Assembly: GCA_965221295.1 (NCBI GenBank)
Contig: OZ244879.1
Location: forward strand, 705,535-769,534
Source of the DNA: Dehalococcoidia bacterium
GTDB taxonomy: Bacteria > Chloroflexota > Dehalococcoidia > Lucifugimonadales > UBA3495
Direction of reading: 5' to 3'
Length of the DNA: 64,000 bases
The notes beneath the pieces were generated by a model that made no database searches, was not told the origin of the DNA, and saw only the letters and a program-made list of their open reading frames with translations. Position numbers and translations under genes: made by a program. Below, piece after piece: positions 48,135-58,562 of the stretch (positions are counted from its first letter, which is position 1; each line of letters begins with the position of its first letter).

Positions 48135-49190
48135 TGTAAATGTCAGCTAATTCGATGACAGATCTTGCATGGCCTGTTGTGGGGTTTTGCCGTTCAGGGC
48201 CTGGTGAGGACGGAGGGTATTGTAGTACACCATGTAGTTGAGCAACTCGTCCTTGAGCTGTTGAGCCGTCTCGAAGACGCTACCATCGAGCAGGTCTTCG
48301 TTCAGGGTTCTCCAGAACCGTTCGACCTTACCGTTGGTTTGGGGCCGGTAGGGTCGAGTGTAGCGATGCTTGATGCCTAGTTCCTTCAGCATCCGTTCCA
48401 TGGGGTGGTTGTCGATGTTCTTGGGTGAAGCCATCTCCGGTCCGTTGTCGGTGAGCATGGCTTCGAAGCGCACCCCGTATTCGGCGTGCAGCATGTTGAT
48501 GCTCTTGAGGGTGGCGAACATCACGCTGAGGCTCTTGATGTTCTCGCACACCTCTGCCCAAGCCAGCCGAGTGCAGGCGTCCATCACACAGACCAGATAG
48601 TAGCGCCGGGCCGCGCCCACGATCAGGTCCTTGCTCAGGTGATGGGCGTCCAAGTGGCCCAATTCCCCAGCTCGGGTCTTGATGATGCGACGCTGGGTCT
48701 CTTTCATGGGTTGGCTCATCCGGTTCAAGCCATGCCGCTTGCAGATGGCGTAGATGGTGGAGGGCGCTGGCGCGGCCTCCCGGAGTTCCGGCTTCAGTAT
48801 GGCATAGATCTCATAGCGGTCAATGCCTCGGCGCCGTAGTTCCAGCACCTTCTCTTCGATGTCTGGGCTGGTGCGCCGGGTCTTCCACTTGGGACCGCGC
48901 TGGCGCGGCAGCAGATCGGCAGAATCGCCGGATTGCAAGTAGCGATTGTGATACTTGGCGAAGGTCTGTCGGTTGACGCCGTGATGCTGGTAGAAGTCGT
49001 TGAGGAAGCGAAACCTGGGATGCTGGCCAGCCTTGGTTAGCTGGTACTCAGACATCAGGTGAAGCCACTTTTGCACGTAGTTCCGCTCGATGGTCTTGTC
49101 TTTCCGATTGTCCCTCATTTTCTCCGATCGCCTCCAGTCGCTCCGGTCCTCGCCAGACCAATTCTGTCAACGAATTATCTAACAGATACA
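48135..49190 (-). mobile_element. IS481-family insertion sequence, 1056 bp
   Basis: Imperfect 28-bp terminal IRs TGTAAATGTCAGCTAATTCGATGACAGA / TGTATCTGTTAGATAATTCGTTGACAGA; GCAAT duplicated at 48130-48134 and 49191-49195. Confidence 0.9.
48147..49118 (-). CDS. IS481-family DDE transposase (integrase core)
   Basis: GELGHLD...DACTR...LTDNGPE...PYRPQTNGKVERFWRTL...YNTLRPHQAL.GKTP. Confidence 0.92.
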   Translation of the reverse strand: MRDNRKDKTIERNYVQKWLHLMSEYQLTKAGQHPRFRFLNDFYQHHGVNRQTFAKYHNRYLQSGDSADLLPRQRGPKWKTRRTSPDIEEKVLELRRRGIDRYEIYAILKPELREAAPAPSTIYAICKRHGLNRMSQPMKETQRRIIKTRAGELGHLDAHHLSKDLIVGAARRYYLVCVMDACTRLAWAEVCENIKSLSVMFATLKSINMLHAEYGVRFEAMLTDNGPEMASPKNIDNHPMERMLKELGIKHRYTRPYRPQTNGKVERFWRTLNEDLLDGSVFETAQQLKDELLNYMVYYNTLRPHQALNGKTPQQAMQDLSSN

Positions 49191-49695
49191 GCAATGACAG
49201 AAGCGATTGTCATGGCGAGGAGCGCCAGCGACGTGGCAATCTCGTTGCCTGGGCGAACGGCGGCGCGTTGTGGTCGTCGAGATTGCCGCGCTTCGCTCGC
49301 AATGACAGAAGCGATTGTCATGGCGAGGAGCGCCAGCGACGTGGCAATCTCGTTGCCTGGGCGAACAGTCGCGCGTTGTGGTCGTCGAGATTGCCGCGCT
49401 GCGCTCGCAATGACAGAAGCGATAGTCAAGGCGAGGAGCGCCAGCGACGCGGCAATCCCCTTGCCCCGCGAACGGCCGTCGGGGCGGGGCGGCGATTCGC
49501 CGCAGGCTTCTTGGTTCCACCATCGCGAGGAAGGCAAAAACGACGCTATGCCGCCCGCGGTCTACGGTTGCCGCGCCCCCCAGCCGCTCCCGCATGGCAA
49601 CCAGCGGCCCACCGTGCTGCCTCGCTTGCCCACATTGAACCGCGTGATTACAATGCAGCCAATTGCTTCCCCGGGCGAGCCTCAGGAGTTTCACA

Positions 49696-50937
49696 TTGCA
49701 TGCCGCCACTCCGGTTGCCCCCAATGCGACCGGCTTAAAGAATAACCGCGTATTCGTTCTCTCCAGCCTTTCCGTGGGACACGGCCTGTCCCACATGTTC
49801 GATCAAGGGCTGCCTTTGCTTATCACCGAGATCGCCAAGGCAATGGGCCTGAGCGCCTTTATGACCGCCACCCTGTTCTCCATGCGGCAAACCGGCTCCA
49901 GCGCCGTCAGCCTGGGCGGCGGCCCCCTGACCGATTATTTCAGATCCTACTGGGGACTGATCCTCACCGCCTGCATGTTAGGCCACGCCGTAACCTACGC
50001 CGCCATGGGCGCGTCCCCCAATTTCATCGTCGCGGCATTGGTGGTCCTGTTTGTGTCGGTGCCCGGCTCCCTGTGGCATCTGCCTTCGGCCGCCGCAATT
50101 TCCCAGAGGTTCCCAGACCGGCGGGGTTTCGCCATTTCGATGCACGGGTTCGGCTCCAACCTCGGCAACGTCAGCGGGCCGGTCGTCGCCGGCGCTCTCC
50201 TGGGCACGGGTTTCCTGATCTGGCGCCACGTGTTCTTCATCTACGGCGCCCTGGCGATCCTCATGGCGGCGCTGGTCTGGTGGTCCCTGCGAGAACTCGG
50301 CCGCGACCAGGACGTGGGCCGACCCGTTGATCTCGCCAGCCGGTTCGCCAACGCCCTGACCCTCCTCAAGAATCCGGTGGTGATGGCCTTGATCCTGGCG
50401 GCGCTGCTGCGCGGCATCGGCTTGAACGCCCTGTTCAACTGGACTCCTTTCTACCTCCGCGAAACCCTCGCCATGGGCGCCCTCCAAGCTGGGGTGTACT
50501 ATGCCCTCCTCACCGGCATGGGCATCGTCTCGGCGCCGGTCCTGGGCTGGCTGTCCGACAAATGGGGACGCAAAACAGTGCTTGTCCCCGGATTCGTGGT
50601 GGCTGCCGTACTGTCTCTGGTGGTTGCCAGCGTGGGCGGCAGCCTGCTGTTGATACCAATAATGGCCGGCTTGGGCCTGTTCAGTTTCGCCCTCCACCAG
50701 ATCATCCAGGCCGCCGTGCTGGACTACGTGGGGCAGGGCGCCGAAGCTACCGCCATTGGCCTGCTGTTCGGAATCAACGGCGTTATCGGAATCGGATCGC
50801 CCTTCCTCGCCTCGGCTCTCATCAGCTACACCGGGAGCTACGCCGTAGTTTTCTACTACGCGGGAATCCTCACGCTGATTACCGCAGCCATCATCGTGGT
50901 AATTCCGATGCGCCGGCCAAGCGCAACCCTCGACTGA
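49696..50937 (+). CDS. MFS transporter
   Basis: About 12 hydrophobic segments, GWLSDKWGRK; probable TTG start after AGGAG. Confidence 0.88.
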   Translation: MHAATPVAPNATGLKNNRVFVLSSLSVGHGLSHMFDQGLPLLITEIAKAMGLSAFMTATLFSMRQTGSSAVSLGGGPLTDYFRSYWGLILTACMLGHAVTYAAMGASPNFIVAALVVLFVSVPGSLWHLPSAAAISQRFPDRRGFAISMHGFGSNLGNVSGPVVAGALLGTGFLIWRHVFFIYGALAILMAALVWWSLRELGRDQDVGRPVDLASRFANALTLLKNPVVMALILAALLRGIGLNALFNWTPFYLRETLAMGALQAGVYYALLTGMGIVSAPVLGWLSDKWGRKTVLVPGFVVAAVLSLVVASVGGSLLLIPIMAGLGLFSFALHQIIQAAVLDYVGQGAEATAIGLLFGINGVIGIGSPFLASALISYTGSYAVVFYYAGILTLITAAIIVVIPMRRPSATLD

Positions 50938-51040
50938 TCCGGCACACATCCAACCGCAACCCACGAAACCGGGACAACCATCGGATCATCCGCAATTCGG
51001 CGGCAACCGCGTTCAGCATTCGCAAAGGGAGGAACCGCCC

Positions 51041-52021
51041 ATGGCAACGCTGGTAACCGGCGGCGTCGGTTTCGTTGGCGCCAACATCGTGAAGGAACTG
51101 GCGGCCCGAGGCCACCAAGTGGTGAGCTTGGACCTGCTGCCCGTTGACCAATTGCTGCTCGGATTCCTGGGCGATTTGGCAGGTCGCGTCAATTTCGTCC
51201 GGGGCGACATCCTAGACACGTCAGCCCTGGACGGTCTGCGCGCCACCTACCACATTGAGAAGATCGTCCACGCCGCTGTGATCACGGTCAACCGGGCTGA
51301 CCTGGAAACCGCCCGCAGCAAGGATATCCTCGACATCAACCTCGCCGGAACTGGCAATCTACTGGAATTGGCCCGCATCTGCCGTGTCCAACGCTTCGTT
51401 TACATCAGCTCCGGGGCCGCCTACGGCCTGGCCCGCGACCCTGACCAGACCTACAACGAAGACGACCCTCCGCAGCCTGGCAACCTCTACGGCATCACCA
51501 AGTTCGCCAGCGAAATGCTCGCCCGACGGTACGGCATTCTGCACGGCTTCGACACAGTGAGCCTACGCCTCAGCACGCCATACGGCCCCATGGAACGCGT
51601 AACTGGCCACCGCGGCAACATGTCCACCCCGTTCCAATGGACCGGGCAAATGCTGCGCGGCGAACCCATCGTGTCCAACCACTCCCAGCACGGCCGCGAT
51701 TACACCTACGTCCTGGATACCGCCTCCGCTGTGGCCGAGGTCGTCGACGCGCCAACCCTGCCCCACGACCTGTACAACGTCACCAACGGCGATCCCGTAA
51801 CCGAGGGGAGCATTCAGCGCGTCTTGGCCGAACTCTACCCCCAAACCACCTTGGTTGCGCCACCAACGGACTTGCCCGAGGACGCCTCTCAGGGTCCCAC
51901 TCGTGGGCCGCTGTCCGGCTACCGCCTTTGGCGAGACTTCGGTTGGACTCCCCAATATGACCTGGCTTCCGGCCTCTCCCACTACGTCCGCTGGCGTCAG
52001 GACGCCGGCTTCCTGGACTGA
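51041..52021 (+). CDS. NAD-dependent epimerase/dehydratase family protein
   Basis: TGGVGFVG, HAA, SSGAAYG, YGITK, RDYTYV.D. Confidence 0.88.
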   Translation: MATLVTGGVGFVGANIVKELAARGHQVVSLDLLPVDQLLLGFLGDLAGRVNFVRGDILDTSALDGLRATYHIEKIVHAAVITVNRADLETARSKDILDINLAGTGNLLELARICRVQRFVYISSGAAYGLARDPDQTYNEDDPPQPGNLYGITKFASEMLARRYGILHGFDTVSLRLSTPYGPMERVTGHRGNMSTPFQWTGQMLRGEPIVSNHSQHGRDYTYVLDTASAVAEVVDAPTLPHDLYNVTNGDPVTEGSIQRVLAELYPQTTLVAPPTDLPEDASQGPTRGPLSGYRLWRDFGWTPQYDLASGLSHYVRWRQDAGFLD

Positions 52022-52071
52022 CCGACCGGCCGATGCCGGCCCATAGCCAACGCCAAGCTCTGCAGGAGGAC

Positions 52072-53562
52072 ATGACCGTGTTGAAAGTTGAATCGGCCCA
52101 GGGCGCCATGACCGGCGACCGCTACATCTCCAGCCTGCGCGACTCCCGCGAAGTGTGGCTGGACGGCGCGAAAGTCAAGGACGTGCCGACTCACCCCGCC
52201 TTCTCGGGCATGGTTCACGAATTGGCTCGCATCTACGACCTGCAGCGCTCCGAACCCTACCGCGACGCGATGACCTTCGTTTCCCCAGATACCGGCAACC
52301 GCTGCAGCCTTTCGTGGCTGCTGCCCCGCAGCCATCACGACCTGGCCCTCCAGCGCCGCAACAGCGAGGTCTGGAACGAGGAATCCTGGGGTCAACTTGG
52401 ACGCAGCCCCGACATTCTAGCTCCCTACATCAACGGCCTGGTGGCCATCCAGGACGCCCTCGCCCAGGTCAATCACCCCCGCTGCGACTTCGCCGAGAAC
52501 ATCGTCAACTACCACCGCTATTGCATGGAGAACGACCTTTTCCTCACCCACGCCCTAGGCGACCCTCAAGTGGACCGCAGCCAGCAACCCCAGAACGAAA
52601 TCCGCTCCGAGGACGAAACCGAGGTTGCCCTCCATGTCATTGAGGAAACCGCCGACGGAGTTATCGTCCACGGCGCCAAGCAACTGGCCACCGCGGCGCC
52701 CATCAGCAACGAAACCTACGTCTCCCTCTCCGCCACCTTCATGCGCCGCGCCGACCCCAGGTTCATCCTCGCCTTCTCCATTCCCACCAATTCCCCCGGC
52801 CTCAAGATCCTGTGCCGCGAGCCGGTCTCCCTATGGGCGGGCAGCTACGGTCATCCCCTGGGCGCCGCTTACGACGAACAAGACGCCATGCTGTTCTTCG
52901 ACCACGTGCTGGTTCCCTGGGATCGCCTCTTTATGCTTTACGACTCCGGCCCGCTACTCCAGCGGTTGGGCTCCGAGGCTAACTTCCGCGGCTGGGGCAA
53001 TTTATGCCGCATTCACCAGCGCATGAAACTGATGACCGCCGTCGCCACCCTCATCGCAGAGTCCATCGGCGTCATCGAATACCGCGAGGTGGCCGCCAAG
53101 CTCGGCGAGATGGCGATGCATACCGAAATGTGGCGCCACGCCATGGACGGTGTGGAACACAACGCCTACCTGGCCGACAACGGCCTGATGTCCATGGGTT
53201 CCACCTCCGGCATGAACATCTACTTCGCCCAGATGTCGGCCCGCATGGTGGAACTGCTCCGCGAGATAGCCGGGTCCGGTATGGTCATGCAGCCCAGCGA
53301 GGCCGACCTCGCCAATCCTGAACTCCGGCCGTACTTGGACCGCTACATGCCAGGTCGTGGCGTCGGCGTCGAGTACAAATCGCGGCTCTTTCGCCTCGCC
53401 CACGACCTGGCCGCCTCGTCCTTTGGGATGCGGCAGGAAATCTACGAATACTGGCACGGCGGCGACCCCAACCGCAACCGCATCAACCTCCTGCGCAACT
53501 ACGACCAGTCGGAAATCACCAACCGGATCAAGGCGCTCATCGCAAAACCCCTGCGGTCGTAG
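52072..53562 (+). CDS. 4-hydroxyphenylacetate 3-hydroxylase (HpaB)-family flavin monooxygenase
   Basis: MTG..YI.SLRD.REVW..G, GRSPD, HAL.DPQVDRS, GAK.LAT, DEQDA...FDHVLVPW. Confidence 0.87.
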   Translation: MTVLKVESAQGAMTGDRYISSLRDSREVWLDGAKVKDVPTHPAFSGMVHELARIYDLQRSEPYRDAMTFVSPDTGNRCSLSWLLPRSHHDLALQRRNSEVWNEESWGQLGRSPDILAPYINGLVAIQDALAQVNHPRCDFAENIVNYHRYCMENDLFLTHALGDPQVDRSQQPQNEIRSEDETEVALHVIEETADGVIVHGAKQLATAAPISNETYVSLSATFMRRADPRFILAFSIPTNSPGLKILCREPVSLWAGSYGHPLGAAYDEQDAMLFFDHVLVPWDRLFMLYDSGPLLQRLGSEANFRGWGNLCRIHQRMKLMTAVATLIAESIGVIEYREVAAKLGEMAMHTEMWRHAMDGVEHNAYLADNGLMSMGSTSGMNIYFAQMSARMVELLREIAGSGMVMQPSEADLANPELRPYLDRYMPGRGVGVEYKSRLFRLAHDLAASSFGMRQEIYEYWHGGDPNRNRINLLRNYDQSEITNRIKALIAKPLRS

Positions 53563-53568
53563 CTCGAG

Positions 53569-54564
53569 CTATTCCCACGTGGCGAATCCCATCGCGCACC
53601 CCGTGCCCGCCGGCGACCGGTAGCACGGAACGTAGTCCACCACCTCCATGTCCAGGCGCTCCGTCGCCCCGGTCACCACGATCCAGTTGCGGATTTCAGA
53701 GCTGCCGGAGTTGATCTTTGCCCGGGGCAGCGCCATCAGTCGCTCAACGCTCTTCGCCTGCATCCCCGCCAGCGCCTGCTGGTCCAGCTCCTCGTCCACC
53801 ACGAAGTGGCTCAACCCACCGGACGCCAAAATGCCCACGCGCAGGTCCTGGGGCCAGGATTCAATCGCCCGACTCAGAGCCCGCCCCAGGTCGTAGCAGC
53901 GCTTCGGCGTGGGTTGGTTTGGCGGGTAGTAAGTGTTGAGCATCACCGGTACTGTGGGAATGACGTGTTCTGTCATCAACCGGTTGTAAACGTACCCGAA
54001 GGCGTGGCCAATGCCTCCCTTGGCTCTGCCTCCCTTGCTCGAGTCCAGGAACTTTGAGGTTCCCACGTCGAACTCCTCGTCCATCAAGCTGTCGATCATG
54101 TGCAGGCCCAGAGACGAAACCGTCGGCGCCACCACATCCTCCGTGCTGTACCCGATCAGCAGTTGGTTGCCGGTGGAAGGGCCCGCCTCGTGCCCCGATA
54201 CCTTGACTTCGTCCCCCCAATACACGCAGAAAGCCGGCATGTTGTCGTCCAGCAGGTACTCATGCTGGTCGTCGCCCACCATCACCAGCACGTCTATCTC
54301 CGCCTCGTACAGCTTCTTCGACAGGTGGGTGATGGCCCGCTGGTTCTGCTCGTGCCGCTTGGCGAACTGCTCGGGCGTGATCTCCCTGGCGATGCGTTCG
54401 GTGTCAACCCGCGCCAGCAAATCCTCGTAACCCGAGGTGATGCCGTCGGTTCCAATTAGCTCGGGGTTGCCCTTGTCCCGCTCCCCTCGTCCTGCCCAGC
54501 CTTCCGCGGGCGTGCTGAGCTGCGGGCTGTGCGATGATGCCAGGCCCAATACCAAATCTGCCAT
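53569..54564 (-). CDS. LigB-like (class III) extradiol ring-cleavage dioxygenase
   Basis: GLASSHSP, VGDDQHE, GHAFG, ASGGLSH, SSEIRNW. Confidence 0.85.
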   Translation of the reverse strand: MADLVLGLASSHSPQLSTPAEGWAGRGERDKGNPELIGTDGITSGYEDLLARVDTERIAREITPEQFAKRHEQNQRAITHLSKKLYEAEIDVLVMVGDDQHEYLLDDNMPAFCVYWGDEVKVSGHEAGPSTGNQLLIGYSTEDVVAPTVSSLGLHMIDSLMDEEFDVGTSKFLDSSKGGRAKGGIGHAFGYVYNRLMTEHVIPTVPVMLNTYYPPNQPTPKRCYDLGRALSRAIESWPQDLRVGILASGGLSHFVVDEELDQQALAGMQAKSVERLMALPRAKINSGSSEIRNWIVVTGATERLDMEVVDYVPCYRSPAGTGCAMGFATWE

Positions 54565-54991
54565 TGTCCTCCTCCTTTCGGTTCTTTCTCCGTTCGCCGC
54601 CTCCAATCACCATCGTTTCCGGCGCGCTTAACTCCTTGCGAGACTCCGGTGATGCGGCCCGCAAAATCTGGGTCTGCAACCTTCCGCTACGCTGCGCATT
54701 CTATCGCATTCTGAAACTGGAATGGAATCGGGCACCTTAACGATGCTCCGACGACTTCGCGGTGGTAAAGGCGTATCGACGTCCGCGCCGAGGTAGGGGG
54801 TATCATCCTTGTTGATGAGCGTCAATCGAGGTGTCCCATCGAGGCGCCCCATACGCGGAATCAACCGCGCAATCGCTTGGGACAACCGGGACCGCGTGGG
54901 CGCGTGAATTGCTTGACCGGCGGGGATTCAGGCGCCAGAATTGAACGGCCGGCGGGCGCCGGCGACACATCACGCGCAGGAGGCGTCAGCC

Positions 54992-55774
54992 ATGCTGATT
55001 TGCAGGTTTCGTACTGGCGACCGGGTAGCTCATGGGATCGTCGACGGCGATACGGTTGTTGAAGTACAGGGCGGGCTGTTCGATGGCCTGAAGGAATCGG
55101 GTAGCAAGTACGCCTTGAGTTCCGTCAAGTTGTTGCCCCCGGTGATTCCGCCGACGTTTTACGCGGCCGGCATCAACTTCCCGGAGCACGTGACTTGGGC
55201 CGCCCGTATGCGTGGCGAGGAACCCAACCTTCCCAAGAAGGCCGACGTCGGTTATCGCGCCGTCAACGCCCTCACCGGCCAGGGCGACCCGATCATGGTT
55301 CCCGCAGACGCCACCGACGAACTGCAATACGAAGGCGAGGTGGTGGTCGTCATCGGCAAGGAGTGCCGCAACGTAAGCCAGGACCAAGCCCTGGACTACG
55401 TGCTGGGGTACACCATCGGCAACGACGTGAGCGAACGCTATTGGCAGCGCAATGACCGCACCATGTGGCGGGCCAAGAACACCGATACCTTCAAGCCCAT
55501 GGGCCCCTGGATCGCCACCGACGTTGACCCCGATGAGATGCACGTAACAATCCAGGTTAACGAGCGGGTTGTCGGCGAATATGACCTCAACACCGCGATT
55601 TTCGGCGTGCGCGAGTACATCAGCGAAATGAGCAAATACCTGACGCTGGTACCCGGCGATGTTCTGTGGATGGGAACCGACGGCGCGACCGAAAACATGA
55701 AGGACGGCGACGTGTGCGACATCACCGTAACCGGCATCGGCACGTTGAGCAATCCGGTGGTGTGGGGCAAATGA
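54992..55774 (+). CDS. Fumarylacetoacetate hydrolase family protein
   Basis: YEGE..VVIGK, GYTIGNDVSER, RAKNTDTF.PMGPWI, TL.PGDV..GT. Confidence 0.9.
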   Translation: MLICRFRTGDRVAHGIVDGDTVVEVQGGLFDGLKESGSKYALSSVKLLPPVIPPTFYAAGINFPEHVTWAARMRGEEPNLPKKADVGYRAVNALTGQGDPIMVPADATDELQYEGEVVVVIGKECRNVSQDQALDYVLGYTIGNDVSERYWQRNDRTMWRAKNTDTFKPMGPWIATDVDPDEMHVTIQVNERVVGEYDLNTAIFGVREYISEMSKYLTLVPGDVLWMGTDGATENMKDGDVCDITVTGIGTLSNPVVWGK

Positions 55775-55863
55775 CCGGCGTCGGTTTCTGGGGTAGCTTC
55801 GGCGCCGCGTCAAGGACGCCAGGTCTCGGGAACCTTCCGGCGCGCGCGTTGGCTTGACGGAAC

Positions 55864-56739
55864 ATGGCGGCCTCTGGAAATTCCCTCACCTGCCATCGTT
55901 GCGGCGCGTCATACGCCGCCGAGCATCGGTTCTGCGGGTCATGCGGCGCCGAGGTGCGAACCGGTGTCGAAAGTGGTCCCGCAACGATGCCGGAGCCACC
56001 TGCCCGCCCGCGTCCCACCGCGCCGGCGTCGGAGGAAGTGGAGCGTCTGGCGGGCGTTCCTTACGATCCAACACGGCCCGATCCAACACGGACCGATTCA
56101 GCCCGGCATGATCCGTCATGGCAGATTGGGACTGCGCCCGCGGCGCGCGTTGACGACGCCTTCCACTACTACATACCCACTGGCCGCATCGTCCTGCTGA
56201 CCTTGCTGAGTTCCGGTCTGTACACCTTCTATTGGATGTACATTACTTGGCGACACTACCGCGACCACACCGGGGAAAGCGCGTACCCCATCTGCCACGC
56301 CCTGTCATTATTGTTGCCCGTCTATCAGTTTTTCCGGCTCCATGCGCACCTGCGCGTATACCAGGAATTGATGGCTGAACGCGGGGTTCCCAACACGCTC
56401 AGCCCGCTTGGGGCAGCGCTCAAGTACTTCGGGGTCGTGCTCCTGGGGATGGCGTCCTTGATGATTCCAGTGGAATCGAGCTTGACCGCACAGCAGCAGG
56501 CTACGTATGTGATCATCAGCGTCGGCCAGACGATCCTGTTGGCGTGGATCATGTGGCAGGCTCAGAGCAACTTGAACCGATTCTGGCGACGCCAACTGGG
56601 AATGCGTTTGGGGTCGCTACGGTTCAGCCTGCCCGAACTGACCCTGGTAGCGGTGGGTTTCTTGCTGGGATGGGGAATGCTGCTGGTCATTCTGATCGAC
56701 CCCACCCTGCTGCAAACCAACGCCGCTCCGAACGCCTGA
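55864..56739 (+). CDS. Zinc-ribbon membrane protein (DUF4234-like)
   Basis: CHRCG...FCGSCG N-terminus; GLY.FYW.Y..W; several TM segments. Confidence 0.7.
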   Translation: MAASGNSLTCHRCGASYAAEHRFCGSCGAEVRTGVESGPATMPEPPARPRPTAPASEEVERLAGVPYDPTRPDPTRTDSARHDPSWQIGTAPAARVDDAFHYYIPTGRIVLLTLLSSGLYTFYWMYITWRHYRDHTGESAYPICHALSLLLPVYQFFRLHAHLRVYQELMAERGVPNTLSPLGAALKYFGVVLLGMASLMIPVESSLTAQQQATYVIISVGQTILLAWIMWQAQSNLNRFWRRQLGMRLGSLRFSLPELTLVAVGFLLGWGMLLVILIDPTLLQTNAAPNA

Positions 56740-56911
56740 CCAGCGCGTCCCCAGCTGATCGCAGCCTTCGGGCTGAAACCGGGCGTCAGCGCTTCCATCC
56801 CCTGGCTTCGCAAGGAGCGGTACGCTCTGTGTGGTTGCCGGCAGCGGTTCAAATTTGCGATTGCCCGCTGCGTGTCCATTCTGTCAAGGGGAGCGGCGAT
56901 GGCGACGCCAC

Positions 56912-57510
56912 CATTGCGACGGCTGGGCCAACGGCCGTTGGGGAAGGGGAGCTTGCGGCCGCGTGTTGCGGTCAACGAGATTGCCGCGCTTCGCTCGCAA
57001 TGACAGATGACTGAAAGCGGTCAACGAGATTACCGCGCTTCGCTGGCAATGACGGCAACTGTCATTGCGAGGAGCGATAGCGACGCGGCAATCTCGATGC
57101 CTGGACGAACGGCCGTTGGGGAAGGGGAGCTTGCGGCCGCGTGTTGCGGTCAACGAGATTGCCGCGCTTCGCTCGCAATGACAGATGACTGAAAGCGGTC
57201 AACGAGATTACCGCGCTTCGCTGGCAATGACGGCAACTGTCATTGCGAGGAGCGATAGCGACGCGGCAATCTCGATGCCTGGACGAACGGCCGTTGGGGA
57301 AGGGGAGCTTGCGGCCGCGTGTTGCGGTCAACGAGATTGCCGCGCTTCGCTCGCAATGACAGATGATTGAAAGCGGTCAACGAGATTGCCGCGTTTCGCT
57401 GGCAATGCCAGATGACTGAAAGCGGTCAACGAGATTGCCGCGCTTCGCTCGCAATGACAGATGACTGAAAGCGGTCAACGAGATTGCCGCGTTTCGCTGG
57501 CAATGCCAGG
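56912..57510. repeat. REP-like array I (178-bp unit, then short single-arm units)
   Basis: GAGATTGCC at about 56978, 57156, 57334; repeated GAAAGCGGTCAACGAGATT units. Confidence 0.9.
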
Positions 57511-57748
57511 AGATGGTAGGCGACCCAAGACCCGCCCTCGTCATGGCGCAGGTAGGGAAGGCGGCCCGGGTCGCCGTGTTTGGGATGGCGGAAGGAGGGA
57601 AAGCGGACAGGGACCTGCGGTCTAAGCGTCGGGCGGCGCGATGGCAGCAATTTCGAGCATCTTCGTGTGGTAACATATGCGCCGTCGCGCCGTATGTTGA
57701 AACCGGCGCCGGTGAAAAAGTTGACGACACGACAGGTGCAGTAGAAGT

Positions 57749-58471
57749 ATGCAGCAGCCCGAAACTACGTTGATTTATTGGGCGCCGAGCAGAGTGCGAT
57801 TCAATCTCACGTTGATCTTGGCGGCGGTGGTGGTGGCGCTGGGACTCCTGCAAGCCGCGGGGTTCGACCCGCTGGCGGCGGCGTGCAGTCCGCGCTCCAG
57901 CGGCGAGGCCACGCAACAGGCCGAGGGCCAACCTGCCGCCAGCGACGACAACGCCGCCGCGACCAATCGGGGCAGCGCCTGGCTTCTGGTGCTCGTCGGG
58001 TTGGGCGTGGGCGCGTATTCCTGGCTGACCTCGCCGCGCCAGTATCGGGTCTATTCGGACGCGCTGATCACGATGTTTGGGACGCCGCGCCGACGCACGT
58101 TGCACTTCAGCGAAATCCGCGAGGTTGTCCTGGATCGGGGATTCATGGGAGACCCGCTGCGAGTCTATACGGTGAACCGGCGCCGGGTTCCGTTGCAGGT
58201 GCGCGAGCCGGAAGAAATGCACCGCTATCTGGACGGAGCGGTCAAAGATTTCTGGCGGGCTAACCCGCAATACGCTCCGCCGCCCGACGAGGAAGGCGCA
58301 GACGGCGCCGCTCCCGATGTGGTTGAATCCACGGCAGCTGACGCCAGTGATGACGCTGGAAACGAGCCGCAGCGCAGTCCCCGCTCTCGGCGTCGCAGCC
58401 TGCGGGAGGACGATGCCCAGACCGATGACTCCCATATCCCCGACGGAGATTCACCGCCCAGGTTCACTTAG
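57749..58471 (+). CDS. Hypothetical membrane protein (two TM segments, possible PH-like domain, acidic tail)
   Basis: Only plausible coding frame in the gap; two hydrophobic segments then P..Y......L....G.PR....I.F.EI.EV. Confidence 0.6.
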   Translation: MQQPETTLIYWAPSRVRFNLTLILAAVVVALGLLQAAGFDPLAAACSPRSSGEATQQAEGQPAASDDNAAATNRGSAWLLVLVGLGVGAYSWLTSPRQYRVYSDALITMFGTPRRRTLHFSEIREVVLDRGFMGDPLRVYTVNRRRVPLQVREPEEMHRYLDGAVKDFWRANPQYAPPPDEEGADGAAPDVVESTAADASDDAGNEPQRSPRSRRRSLREDDAQTDDSHIPDGDSPPRFT

Positions 58472-58562
58472 CAGGCTCTGCCAAGGCCCGCCTCGGAGGT
58501 GTCCGGCCGCCAGCCGTGACCTGGACGCTACCCGCATCGGCTGGCGGAAGGTGTTGGCGGCG

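Larger units (their letters stand above)
47935..49465. repeat. REP-like array H (108-bp unit), split by the IS
   Basis: GCAAT(GACAG) at 48022, 48130, then 49191, 49299, 49407; the 108-bp period continues across the insertion. Confidence 0.88.
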
